NCBI GenBank assembly: GCA_024402715.1
Contig: JAKSTF010000001.1
Location: 6,757-70,756 of the forward strand
Reading direction: 5' to 3'
Length of the DNA: 64,000 bases
From: Alphaproteobacteria bacterium
Lineage (GTDB): Bacteria > Pseudomonadota > Alphaproteobacteria > Rs-D84
The notes below the pieces were generated by a model. That model did no database searches. It had not been told where the DNA came from and was given only the letters and a program-made list of their open reading frames with translations. The translations under genes and the position numbers were made by a program. Shown here piece by piece: positions 20,585 to 31,242 of this stretch (the stretch's first letter is position 1; every line of letters begins with the position of its first letter).

Positions 20585-20767
20585 ACTTATTTCCAATTTT
20601 TTTGCTTTGTCCCATAATTATAAATAATAAACTTTACACGTCAATACGATAATATGCACATTTATTTATATACAAAACGGAATCTTTTTCATATAAATTG
20701 TTGAAAATTGTATTTTTTAGTATATCCTGTGCATGATAAATTTGGCACAATCACCAAAGGAAAAAAT

Positions 20768-22603
20768 ATGAAAATTCGTAATATTGCAATTATTGCACAC
20801 GTTGACCATGGAAAAACAACATTGGTTGACAACATGTTAAAACAGGCCGGTACGTTCCGTGCCAATGAAAAGGTCGAAGACCGTGTTATGGACAGTGGTG
20901 ATATCGAACGTGAACGCGGTATTACAATTTCTGCAAAACCGACATCCATTCAATGGGGCGAATATAAAATTAATATTGTTGATACCCCAGGCCACGCAGA
21001 TTTTGGTGGCGAAGTTGAACGTATTTTATCAATGGTTGACGGCGTTGTATTATTGGTTGATTCTGCCGAAGGACCATTACCACAAACAAAATTTGTATTG
21101 TCCAAAGCGTTAAAATTAGGTCTGCGGCCAATCGTTTGTATTAATAAGGTTGATCGTGCAGATGCACGCCCAGATGAAGTTTTATCTGAAACATTTGATT
21201 TGTTTGATAAATTGGGTGCAACAGATTCACAGTTGGATTTTCCATATTTATACTCGGTTGGTCGTGATGGTTGGGCGGTTCGTGATCTAAATGATGAACA
21301 TAAAGATTTAACCCCTTTATTCCAATTAATTGTTGATCATGTCCCTGCCCCGGATTGCAATGGCGACCGTTGTCAATTAGATGCCCCATTCCGCATGTTA
21401 GCAACAACATTAGAGGCAGATCCATACGTTGGCCGTATTTTGACGGGTAAAATTGAATCTGGAACGGTAAAGGTTGGTCAATCAGTCAAAGCCATCAATA
21501 TGCAAGGCGAATTTATTGAAAATGCCAAGGTTACAAAAATTATTGAGCATCGCGGTGTTGAAAAAATATCACGTGACAGTGCATCCGCCGGTGATATTAT
21601 TGTTATTGCTGGTTTTTCAAAGGCAACCGTGGCAGATACACTGTGTGCCCCAGAGGTCACAGAACCAATTCCTGCAATGCCAATTGATCCACCGACCCTG
21701 ACAATGACATTTTTTGTTAATACATCGCCATTGGCTGGTAAGTCTGGTAAAAAATTAACATCCCGTATGATTGGTGAACGTTTGTTCAAAGAAGCCGAAA
21801 CAAACATTGCATTACGCGTTACACAAAGTTCAAACAACGAAGCGTTTGAGGTTTCGGGCCGCGGTGAATTACAGTTGGGTATTTTGATTGAAACAATGCG
21901 TCGCGAAGGATTTGAATTATCGGTGTCCAGACCACGCGTTGTTATGAAAGACGGTGAAAATGGTGAAAAGTTAGAACCAATTGAAGAAGTCGTTGTTGAC
22001 GTTGACGATGAATTCAGTGGCGTCGTTATTGAAAAAATGACCAAACGTAAGGCAACTATTACAGAAATGAAGGCATCTGGTGCCGGTAAAACACGTATCG
22101 TATTTTCTGCCCCGTCTCGTGGTTTGATTGGATACTTATCAGAATTCCGCACAGATACACGTGGCACTGGCATCATGAACCGCGTATTTGATAAATATGA
22201 TGAATACCGTGGTCCAATTATGCAATACCGTCCGGGCGTATTGGTATCAATGGAAAAAGGTGCAACTGCAACATACGCTTTGTTTAATTTGCAACCACGT
22301 GGAACATTATTTGTTGGTCCACAGGTAGAAGTTTATTCCGGTATGATTATCGGTGAACACAGCAAAGAAAACGATTTAGAGGTTAATCCAGTTAAGGGTA
22401 AAGAATTAACAAATATGCGTTCTGTTACCGCTGATGAAAAATTGTTCCTGGCACCACCACGCAGAATTACATTGGAAGAAGCCTTGTCGTATATATTGGA
22501 TGACGAATTGGTTGAGGTTACACCAGAAACCATCCGTTTACGCAAAAAAGAATTAGACAGCGGTAAACGTAAAAAAGCATACCGTTTTGCAGAAAGCGAT
22601 TAA
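20768..22603 (+). CDS. typA: Translational GTPase TypA/BipA
   Basis: IRNIAIIAHVDHGKTTLVD, DTPGHADFGGEVER, GRGELQL, ELVEVTPETIRLRK. Confidence 0.98.
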   Translation: MKIRNIAIIAHVDHGKTTLVDNMLKQAGTFRANEKVEDRVMDSGDIERERGITISAKPTSIQWGEYKINIVDTPGHADFGGEVERILSMVDGVVLLVDSAEGPLPQTKFVLSKALKLGLRPIVCINKVDRADARPDEVLSETFDLFDKLGATDSQLDFPYLYSVGRDGWAVRDLNDEHKDLTPLFQLIVDHVPAPDCNGDRCQLDAPFRMLATTLEADPYVGRILTGKIESGTVKVGQSVKAINMQGEFIENAKVTKIIEHRGVEKISRDSASAGDIIVIAGFSKATVADTLCAPEVTEPIPAMPIDPPTLTMTFFVNTSPLAGKSGKKLTSRMIGERLFKEAETNIALRVTQSSNNEAFEVSGRGELQLGILIETMRREGFELSVSRPRVVMKDGENGEKLEPIEEVVVDVDDEFSGVVIEKMTKRKATITEMKASGAGKTRIVFSAPSRGLIGYLSEFRTDTRGTGIMNRVFDKYDEYRGPIMQYRPGVLVSMEKGATATYALFNLQPRGTLFVGPQVEVYSGMIIGEHSKENDLEVNPVKGKELTNMRSVTADEKLFLAPPRRITLEEALSYILDDELVEVTPETIRLRKKELDSGKRKKAYRFAESD

Positions 22604-22608
22604 AAAAT

Positions 22609-22632
22609 AAAAACCACTTAAAAGTGGTTTTT
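22609..22632. terminator. Bidirectional terminator after typA
   Basis: AAAAACCACTT..AAGTGGTTTTT. Confidence 0.7.
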
Positions 22633-22684
22633 ATTTTATATTATATAACGTTATTCTATATCTCTATACATGGTAATATTTTCT

Positions 22685-23440
22685 TCATTTTTTTCTGGGG
22701 CTACAATCAGAAATTCCTTTCAAATACAATTTTGAATATTCACACAACACATCAATTCCAAGATATCTATAACCACGTTTTTCCCACGTTCTTGTTGCAA
22801 CATGCAAACCAGGAACAAAGCTCTGGAATTTAGTATCTTCCCAATCTATAAAGTACGTTATATCAAAAGTTTTTGTATTTAACATAAAATTTTGCCAAAT
22901 ATCCCCATGAAACCATCCATAAAGAAATCCAGGTTGTTCATTTTTATCTGCCTTCAAATCCTGTATCTCTACTGGATCACAAACACCAATAGAATACATA
23001 AATGCAGCTATTTGTTTTGCAATATGTTCACGGTGCGCACAAACAATTTCAGGTTTAACATCAGATAGCAGCTCCCCATTTGCATACTCATATTTCCTAA
23101 CATATATATCACCAAAATGAATTATTTCCATTTTTGGTATTTTTATTGGGCTAATCTTACTAAATGTATCAATTATACGCATTTCACGTAATGATACATC
23201 TTTACCATTATCAAAAAGTGGAAACTTAAACACATATTTTGAATTTAATATTACAACAAAATTTCTGCATCCTCGTCCAACATGGACCGATATTTTACGT
23301 TTTTTTATATTGCACGGATATTGATAAACAAATCTTATATACTTCAACGTACGCGGATAACGTATCATTACACGAATTTTATCACGTAATGTCTTCTTCC
23401 AAATAACAAATACAATAACATTAGAAATAAAATGTAACAT
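22685..23440 (-). CDS. APH/choline-kinase-like phosphotransferase
   Basis: YVFKFP, Brenner-type HGDIWQN and IDWED motifs. Confidence 0.8.
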   Translation of the reverse strand: MLHFISNVIVFVIWKKTLRDKIRVMIRYPRTLKYIRFVYQYPCNIKKRKISVHVGRGCRNFVVILNSKYVFKFPLFDNGKDVSLREMRIIDTFSKISPIKIPKMEIIHFGDIYVRKYEYANGELLSDVKPEIVCAHREHIAKQIAAFMYSIGVCDPVEIQDLKADKNEQPGFLYGWFHGDIWQNFMLNTKTFDITYFIDWEDTKFQSFVPGLHVATRTWEKRGYRYLGIDVLCEYSKLYLKGISDCSPRKK

Positions 23441-23473
23441 AAAACAACCTATATAATATTAATTTATTCTTTA

Positions 23474-24400
23474 CTATTCATTAAACAAACCTGTTTTGTT
23501 TGCAACATCCCACCAATATTTAGAATACACAGGACGTTTTTTTGGAACAAACCACGGTTTCATATAATCAGAATAATGTAAAACAACTAAATTATGTTTC
23601 AAATCATCTAACTGACTATTTGGATATATTTTAAAAATACGCGAACCATGCGACAATTGAAAATTATATCGCAATGGCAAAAATGCGATACGCCCTTTTA
23701 ATGTAAAATTCAAAACGTCTTGATCAGGATTCTTAAAATCTTCTTTTTGGGAAATTTTTATCCATTCATCATACAGTTTTTCTTTACGAATTTTATCAAG
23801 ATCCATTAATAAAAAACCAGAGTTTATATAATTATCCAAACGTGTTGGAACGGCAGCAATTACATTATCGCCCAAATCATATTCATATATATCAATTAAA
23901 TCACGAAAAAATATTACATCCATATCCGCATAAATTATTCTTTTTACATCTGGCAACAATTTTGGCAACATTAATCTATACCACATGGCCACAGGCCACC
24001 CCCTGCGATTTGATTTATCAAAATCATTATTTCCATATACAAAATGTACCATTGAAGAACTTTCATTAACTATTTTACGTATAACTTCGCATTGTGTTTC
24101 ATCTACATCCTGTCCAATAACACAATAAATATCATAATCACATCGATTTTGTGACGAATCCAACAACGATTTAATTGTAACCGCCGTCATTTTTACAGCA
24201 CGTGCATCAAAACAAAATGCCACAGGAATTTTTGTTTTATATTTTACCCTTGGTAACATGGTTTCACCGACAGTTGAAATCAATCCCCAATACCGTATCA
24301 CATCACGTTTAAAACGTCGTTCTGCACGTGTTCTGCCAATTGCTCCCGCTAATATAGAACAAATTTGACGAATTTTTCCATACTTATACATATCAAACAC
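23474..24400 (-). CDS. Glycosyltransferase family 8
   Basis: YRLMLPKLL, IIYADMD (DxD), INSGFLLMDL, DQDVLN, LHY..KPW. Confidence 0.92.
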   Translation of the reverse strand: MFDMYKYGKIRQICSILAGAIGRTRAERRFKRDVIRYWGLISTVGETMLPRVKYKTKIPVAFCFDARAVKMTAVTIKSLLDSSQNRCDYDIYCVIGQDVDETQCEVIRKIVNESSSMVHFVYGNNDFDKSNRRGWPVAMWYRLMLPKLLPDVKRIIYADMDVIFFRDLIDIYEYDLGDNVIAAVPTRLDNYINSGFLLMDLDKIRKEKLYDEWIKISQKEDFKNPDQDVLNFTLKGRIAFLPLRYNFQLSHGSRIFKIYPNSQLDDLKHNLVVLHYSDYMKPWFVPKKRPVYSKYWWDVANKTGLFNE

Positions 24401-24492
24401 CTCTTAATAAATCACATACAGAATACTAACATACGTATACAAAAAAAACAATTAAAATACTATAAACCAAACCATCCCCACAATATAAAATA

Positions 24493-25206
24493 TTACGAAT
24501 GTTTATACTTTTGCCACAGCTGTTCAAAACTTTTATATTCTAAACTTTTATCATTAACAATATGCAAAGAATCCCAATCAAGTATGCTAATCACATTAAA
24601 ATGCTTATCCAACATCAAATTACTTGCATTTAAATCAGAATGTGCCAACACAAAATCACCATTTATTTTATGCATTTCACATGTATGCGTATTCATTTGT
24701 AACGCATTACAATATAACATATAATTTGGTATTGATTTTACGTCAATATTCTGCAATGCAGCTACCACAGATAACATTTGTGACTTTATCCTTTCTTCAT
24801 GTAACAAAACCTGTTTTTTATTCATTTTAACCAAATCAATTCCTGGCAATCTATCTGCAACATACATTGGAACAGATGTATCAACAAACACATCTGGTAT
24901 TTTCACTTTTAAATACGGCCTAATAAAATTCAATAAATCCCTGTACGCATTAAGTTGTTGAACAGAAACATTACGAAAAATTTTTACATAATACCTGTCA
25001 TTTACTACGCAAGTCATACGATTTGTACTAACCTGACGAACAAAACGAATTGTTTTTACATGTTCCCCATATACACGTCGTATAAACAATTTAATCCGAA
25101 CATAAAAAAACAAAACATTTATATTTCCGCGTACTATCCGCCTGTTATAACGTCCTGGGACAAACCATGAAAAAAAAGTTCCAATAAAAAAAGGTATCTT
25201 ATACAT
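24493..25206 (-). CDS. APH/choline-kinase-like phosphotransferase
   Basis: YYVKIF, HSDLNASNLML, ILDWD. Confidence 0.8.
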   Translation of the reverse strand: MYKIPFFIGTFFSWFVPGRYNRRIVRGNINVLFFYVRIKLFIRRVYGEHVKTIRFVRQVSTNRMTCVVNDRYYVKIFRNVSVQQLNAYRDLLNFIRPYLKVKIPDVFVDTSVPMYVADRLPGIDLVKMNKKQVLLHEERIKSQMLSVVAALQNIDVKSIPNYMLYCNALQMNTHTCEMHKINGDFVLAHSDLNASNLMLDKHFNVISILDWDSLHIVNDKSLEYKSFEQLWQKYKHS

Positions 25207-25383
25207 AAATTTTATCCTTTATACAGACAAAACTATATAAATATTTTCCCTTTTTTACAAGTGCAAACCACATACATTTCATCATATATTTACTTATATC
25301 TTGTTGCTTACCATACACAAAATATATTAATTGTTGCAAACACATAAATATATCTCTACACTGTCAAAAAAAAGGTTTTTTGT

Positions 25384-26139
25384 ATGAAACACAACAGAAT
25401 AAAAAAATTGTTCATTAACATTATCTGTGCATTTGTAAGTGACAAATTTAAACGTCGTAAATTACGTGTAATATTAAATGCAAATATAATCGGTTGTCTG
25501 TATTTTATACGCAAAGATATAAAAGAACCAATTAAAAATGTTAAAACATTTATTGGATATCAAGCACGCAGTCTAATTATTGGTGTAAACAATAAATTTA
25601 TTTATAAAATCCCTGTCCAACGCACGGATGCAAATTTTCTGGCTTTACGCGAAGAACGCATTGTTAAAGCATTACGTAATTTTTCAACCATATACGTTCC
25701 CACCGTTGAAACATTCAATTTTGGGGATAAAATTATCCGTAAATACGAATATGTACATGGGAAAAACCGCTGGGGTGTTGATAGAAAAAAACTTTTGGAT
25801 AATTATGAAAAATACGGTCATCAACTGGGCGAATTCATTTATAAAATGGGTATTGTTGACCCACTTGAAATACAAGATTTAAAAGGTGATTATCGCAATA
25901 CCACACCTGGCTTTATGCTGGGCTGGTGCCAAGGTGACATTGGCGACAATTATATGATTGACCCAAACACAATGGAAATTATCGCTATGATTGATTGGGA
26001 AGACGCACGTTTCATGGACTTTTCTGTATTGTTTAATTCACATAAACCGGGGGCGCTATCATACGATTTAATGAATTATGCGCGTGATGAATATATACGA
26101 TTATGGAACATTGATCATCCCAATGATATAAAATCATAA
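25384..26139 (+). CDS. APH/choline-kinase-like phosphotransferase
   Basis: FIYKIP, GWCQGDIGDNYMID, MIDWED; close paralog of 22685-23440. Confidence 0.8.
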   Translation: MKHNRIKKLFINIICAFVSDKFKRRKLRVILNANIIGCLYFIRKDIKEPIKNVKTFIGYQARSLIIGVNNKFIYKIPVQRTDANFLALREERIVKALRNFSTIYVPTVETFNFGDKIIRKYEYVHGKNRWGVDRKKLLDNYEKYGHQLGEFIYKMGIVDPLEIQDLKGDYRNTTPGFMLGWCQGDIGDNYMIDPNTMEIIAMIDWEDARFMDFSVLFNSHKPGALSYDLMNYARDEYIRLWNIDHPNDIKS

Positions 26140-26391
26140 TCATTCACAACTATCGTATATTTATTAAACATAAGATTAATTAAATATTAAAAATACAAGC
26201 AAACACATCACATTTGCAAACAATGGCACATGATAATAAATTCTTTCCATCACGTTTTATGAATTCTAATATTCAAATTTATCGTTGGCCTTTCAAACAA
26301 AATAATATTTTTCACAACATTCATAAAAATCTTTTCAAAAACAAACAGATTTATCTAAAGCAATATATATAAACAACAACTTTTTCTTTCG

Positions 26392-27109
26392 TTATATACT
26401 TTCTATTTTATTGTATTCTTGTTCTATTTTTTTTGAAAAACTTAATTTCTTTAATTTTTTCGAAAACCTATCAGTATTATCTATTTCTGTTTTTAATGTT
26501 CCCCAACCCGCATATTCCCAATCTATCAACCCAATAATTTTTTTTGTTTTTTTATCAACAATCATATTATTACAAAAATCGTTATGATTCCATCCATCAC
26601 CTTCACAATTTATCAAATCATCAATATCTTTCGGACGTGTATTATGAATTGTATAAATTATTTTTGCAACAATTTTGGCCCAATCATCAACATGTTTTTT
26701 CATTGTTTTAAATGAACACGTATTTAAATTAACACCACGTATATAATTATATCTGAAAAAAGTATATTTATTATATTTAATATATTTCTATATTCGGAAT
26801 ATCTAATTGCAAAACATTTTTAAAAGCATCTGTTATCCGTTTTTCTCGCAAAACACGTGTCACATCAATATCTTTATCCAAAAATTTACGTATTTTAAAT
26901 ACATATTTACGTTTTACAATAAATCCTATATTCCATCCGCCCTTTATCATACGAACATTATAAAATCTGGCTTCTGGACATATTTTTTTCAAGACATCGT
27001 ATTTCTTACGCCAATCAAATAATTTATCGTGTCTAACACGTGCACGTATCTCTGAATTCGGTATCAAACCGCACAACATATCGCATATTGCAAAAAATAT
27101 ATTCCACAT
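26392..27109 (-). pseudogene. Frameshifted APH-like phosphotransferase (one extra base near 26782)
   Basis: ORFs 26777-27109 (YVFKIR) and 26392-26703 (HNDFCNN, LIDWEY) join into one paralog (..EIIKYNKYTFFRYNYIRG..) if one T is removed from GAAATATATTAAA. Confidence 0.8.
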
Positions 27110-27239
27110 ATAAAAAACCTAAACTACATATACATTAATAATGGTTTACCTTTGTAAATAATAATATACTTCGTATAATATTGCAAATCAAAATAACATT
27201 TTGACTTATATACTTTGTTATATTACCATACAGCATGTT

Positions 27240-28076
27240 ATGAAAAAATTAAAAAAAATTGCTGCAATTACAATGGCACGAAACGACAATTTTTTCTTGT
27301 CGCGTTGGATTGCATATTATGGTAAAAATTTTGAAACAAAAAATTTATACATTTTACTTGATGGCTTGGACCAAGATGTTCCAACCAATATTGGCGATGC
27401 AACTGTTATAAAAATTCCACACGAAGATTTATCACGATTACATGGTGATAAAAAAAGAATCAACATTATATCCGAATATGCAAAAAAATTATTAAAACAA
27501 TATGATATTGTTATCGGTTGTGATTGTGATGAATTTTTAATTGTTGAACCAAAATTACATAAAACTTTGGCTGAATATTTATCAACAAAAAATATAAACA
27601 CAACCATGTCTGGACTGGGATTGGACATTGGTCAAAATCTGAATACAGAGGCTATTCTTGACAGGGAAGCGCCATTTTTGGAACAACGCGAATATGCCCT
27701 GCTTTCCACCCGTTATACAAAACCTGTTGTTATCAACAAACCAATCACCTGGGGCAGTGGTTTCCACAGCATAAAAGGACACAATTTCCATATTGATAAA
27801 AATTTATACCTTTTGCATTTTGGTGCAGTTGATTTGGAAATGTTAAAGGCAAAGACACACGCCCGTGGAACCGATTGGTTAAATCATTTAAAACGTCGTG
27901 GGAATGGAACGATTAACGCAATTACTTATAAAAAAATAAAATCTGAAAAATGGTTAAAGATTGCTCGCATTTTACAAACATTTATTCGACCGATCTATTC
28001 ATGGCGCAAACCCGCAATGTTTGGTATAAAAATTATTATAAAAATACCAAAACGATTTATAGAAACGGGAATTTAA
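27240..28076 (+). CDS. Glycosyltransferase, GT2-like fold
   Basis: AAITMARND..WIAYY, LLDG, GCDCDEFL, GFH, LLHFG. Confidence 0.8.
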   Translation: MKKLKKIAAITMARNDNFFLSRWIAYYGKNFETKNLYILLDGLDQDVPTNIGDATVIKIPHEDLSRLHGDKKRINIISEYAKKLLKQYDIVIGCDCDEFLIVEPKLHKTLAEYLSTKNINTTMSGLGLDIGQNLNTEAILDREAPFLEQREYALLSTRYTKPVVINKPITWGSGFHSIKGHNFHIDKNLYLLHFGAVDLEMLKAKTHARGTDWLNHLKRRGNGTINAITYKKIKSEKWLKIARILQTFIRPIYSWRKPAMFGIKIIIKIPKRFIETGI

Positions 28077-28092
28077 AAAAGTGTGATATTTA

Positions 28093-29112
28093 TCACACTT
28101 TTTTATTTATAAATTTATAAATATTTTCACGTAATTCACGCCATTGAACAGGCACATTATTAAATACACCAATTTTATCCATTTCGATAAAACATTCTTT
28201 TGCCATGACAAATTCATCGACGGTTTTCAAATATTTTAATTTACGAAATGCCCAATTTACAAAATACCACATAAAACTGGATTGCCATTTTTCCATTTGA
28301 TAATTGGATGCATTGTTTTTATATCGTGTGTATGCGTCTGAAATCCCTGTGCACAAACTTTGCATTATACGTAATTGTTTTGCAGATAAAACAATTCCAC
28401 CAAAATTTGGTACATAAAAATACAATGGTAATGGTGCAATTGTTACACGCGGATTTTTTAACATCACAGCCGACCACCATGGAAAATCTTCGAATAAAAT
28501 TCCCTTTATAAAGGAAATATCGGCAATCAGATCACGACGGTACATATTTTTCCAAACCTGACAATGTTTTATTAACCAACGGCGTTGTGGATTAAATTTG
28601 TTATGTGTCCGTTCAGTTGCATATTCAAATACACCATTGGTTGTACGTGTTGCAATTTTTTGCAAATTGTACTTTCGGTTTATCCGCCGTGGAATTACAT
28701 TATCCGTATTCAATCCCAAAATGTGACGCACCATTAATTGAGGGCGATATATACGATCATATGTAAACGATACGATATCGGCCCCATCACGTTCGGCCAA
28801 ATAATATGCAATTTCCATTGTTTGTGGATGTATAAAATCATCACTGTCCAAATACATTATATATTTACCAGTGGCATAGGGAAAACCCGCATTACGTGCA
28901 TCAGACAATCCACCATTTTCTTTGTTTACAATAACAAACCGGTTATCACGTGCAGCATATTCGGACAATATTTTATCACAATTATCGGGACTGCCATCGT
29001 TTACACAAATGGCCTGCCAATCGGTAAATGTTTGATTTAAAACACTGTCCAGACAACGCCGTAAATATTTTTCAACATTATATATTGGTATAATTATTGA
29101 TATTGCCGGCAT
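28093..29112 (-). CDS. Glycosyltransferase family 2
   Basis: ISIIIPIYNVEKYL, VNDGSPD, NGGLSDARNAG, YLDSDD, FED. Confidence 0.95.
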   Translation of the reverse strand: MPAISIIIPIYNVEKYLRRCLDSVLNQTFTDWQAICVNDGSPDNCDKILSEYAARDNRFVIVNKENGGLSDARNAGFPYATGKYIMYLDSDDFIHPQTMEIAYYLAERDGADIVSFTYDRIYRPQLMVRHILGLNTDNVIPRRINRKYNLQKIATRTTNGVFEYATERTHNKFNPQRRWLIKHCQVWKNMYRRDLIADISFIKGILFEDFPWWSAVMLKNPRVTIAPLPLYFYVPNFGGIVLSAKQLRIMQSLCTGISDAYTRYKNNASNYQMEKWQSSFMWYFVNWAFRKLKYLKTVDEFVMAKECFIEMDKIGVFNNVPVQWRELRENIYKFINKKV

Positions 29113-29124
29113 CTATGTTCCCTT

Positions 29125-30036
29125 TTATTTATACATTTTATTAATCATAACATCAGCAACACTATCTGGGATTTGTTTGGTTGCCCATGGACTGTTATAT
29201 GTTGTTTTTTGAAAAAAAGCCCCCGATGTATATTTATCAAATAATTCTTGGGTAAACGGTTCATTTGCAATTGACCACCATAATGCATGGGTTGGATCCT
29301 GGTCAATGTGTGGCATTTTTTCAAAATATCGTTTTGCACATTCGTTATTTTGAACCATCGTTTTAAACAATAACTGATGCATAAAATAATCAAAACTGTG
29401 ATTTTCATGTATCCAATAATTCAAAATCATTGCACGCCATGCCGCCAACAAGTATGCCCCACGACGCGCACGGATGAAACAATTTTGCATAAATGAATAT
29501 GGGCTGCCCACGGTATTTCCCGCCATATAGACAAAAAAATCCTGTTCAATAATCCAATCAGGAATCGGGGCAGTTACAAATGCGGTAGAATCCAACCATA
29601 TACCCCCATGTTCATATAATAATTCAACACGACAAATATCTGCAAAATGTGCACGACCAATTTTACCGGCACGATATTTTTTTACAATTTCGGCCGGTAA
29701 TGTTATGTAATCAAAAATATTTGTATCATCCAAAACAACTAATTCTTGTTTACAATTTTTACGAATACTACGAAAACAGGCCTGAACTAATGGGGGTGCG
29801 TTACGCTCCCCCTGTTGCCAGATCGTAAATATTTTTTCGTTTGAATCGTTATTTACAACATCCGTTTCTGCAACATTGGACAACGCAGGCAAATAACGCA
29901 TAAAATATTTTGGTATGGCACGCGATGCAATATTACAACGTCGTTCACGTCGACGTTCACGTGACCACCATAACGGATTCAAAACATGTGCCTGAATCGC
30001 AATATTTGTTAATGCAAAAAATCTGCCAAGTCCCAT
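29125..30036 (-). CDS. Capsular polysaccharide synthesis protein (DxD glycosyltransferase)
   Basis: KIFTIWQQG..APPLVQACF, HFADICRVELLYEHGGIWLDST, DYFMHQ. Confidence 0.85.
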   Translation of the reverse strand: MGLGRFFALTNIAIQAHVLNPLWWSRERRRERRCNIASRAIPKYFMRYLPALSNVAETDVVNNDSNEKIFTIWQQGERNAPPLVQACFRSIRKNCKQELVVLDDTNIFDYITLPAEIVKKYRAGKIGRAHFADICRVELLYEHGGIWLDSTAFVTAPIPDWIIEQDFFVYMAGNTVGSPYSFMQNCFIRARRGAYLLAAWRAMILNYWIHENHSFDYFMHQLLFKTMVQNNECAKRYFEKMPHIDQDPTHALWWSIANEPFTQELFDKYTSGAFFQKTTYNSPWATKQIPDSVADVMINKMYK

Positions 30037-30059
30037 AATACACCGCCACTTAATATTTA

Positions 30060-31139
30060 TTATTCTTCAATCATAGTATGATCATCGTCGTCATCCATCG
30101 GGCCAGTTGTCATCTCTTCGGCAATACCAGATGAACGCGCCATAATTTTATCTAATAATTCTTTCTGGGCATCCGTATGATCTTTTAACCATTGACGAGC
30201 GTTTGCTTCGCCCTGGCCTATGCGTTCGTTATTGTACGAATAAAAACTGCCCGCTTTGTCAATTAAATCGTATTTAACACCCATGTCTAAAATTTCACTG
30301 ACACGCGAAATACCTTCGCCATACATAATTTTGAAATCGACTGTACGGAACGGTGGCGCAACTTTGTTTTTTACAATTTTTACACGCGTTTCATTTCCAA
30401 CGATATTTTCTTTATCTTTAATCTGACCAGTGCGGCGAATATCAAGACGCACAGACGCATAAAACTTCAACGCATTACCACCAGAGGTTGTTTCTGGATT
30501 ACCAAACATAACCCCGATTTTCATACGAATTTGATTAATAAAAATCAATAACGTATTACTGCGTGAAACAGAACCCGCTAATTTTTTCAGTGATTGACTC
30601 ATTAAACGAGCAGTCGTCCCAACAAACGAATCACCGATATTGCCTTCCAATTCGGCCTTTGGTACCAAGGCCGCAACAGAATCAATTACAACAACATCAA
30701 CCGCACCAGATTTTATTAATGTATCGGCAATTTCCAATGCTTGTTCACCAGAATCCGGTTGCGAAATAATTAAATTCGCAACATCAACCCCCAGTTTTTT
30801 GGCATACGATGGATCCAGCGCATTTTCCGCGTCAATATATGCACATGTACCACCAGTTTTTTGCGCTTCGGCCACGGCATGTAATGCCAATGTTGTTTTA
30901 CCAGAACTTTCCGGTCCATAAATTTCAACAATGCGACCGCGTGGATATCCACCAATTCCCAACGCAATATCCAAACCCAATGATCCAGATGATATAGCCT
31001 CTATATTCTGTTGAGTACCATCACCCATTTTCATTATGGCCTCTTTACCAAATTGCTTTTGAATTTGGGCCAATGCAGATTCCAACGCAGGATTCTTTGC
31101 AGTTGCTGTATTTTCTTTGACTGCTTCTTTCTTTGCCAT
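30060..31139 (-). CDS. recA: Recombinase RecA
   Basis: [44 protein letters not shown]. Confidence 0.99.
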   Translation of the reverse strand: MAKKEAVKENTATAKNPALESALAQIQKQFGKEAIMKMGDGTQQNIEAISSGSLGLDIALGIGGYPRGRIVEIYGPESSGKTTLALHAVAEAQKTGGTCAYIDAENALDPSYAKKLGVDVANLIISQPDSGEQALEIADTLIKSGAVDVVVIDSVAALVPKAELEGNIGDSFVGTTARLMSQSLKKLAGSVSRSNTLLIFINQIRMKIGVMFGNPETTSGGNALKFYASVRLDIRRTGQIKDKENIVGNETRVKIVKNKVAPPFRTVDFKIMYGEGISRVSEILDMGVKYDLIDKAGSFYSYNNERIGQGEANARQWLKDHTDAQKELLDKIMARSSGIAEEMTTGPMDDDDDHTMIEE

Positions 31140-31242
31140 TAAAATTCCCCTTTGTGTTAATGATGAAAATCATACAAAGAAATCGCGTTTTTTGCAATTA
31201 AAATAATATTCACATCAATTACAAAATTGTATCGTTTTTGAT

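Noticed and set aside
21478-22176. Long antisense ORFs (this 232-aa one; also 54559-55137, 53500-53961 and others)
   Set aside because: Shadow frames of conserved genes with no motifs of their own.
22685-27109. Aminoglycoside-resistance island
   Set aside because: The kinases are highly divergent, embedded among glycosyltransferases, and have no mobile-element context.
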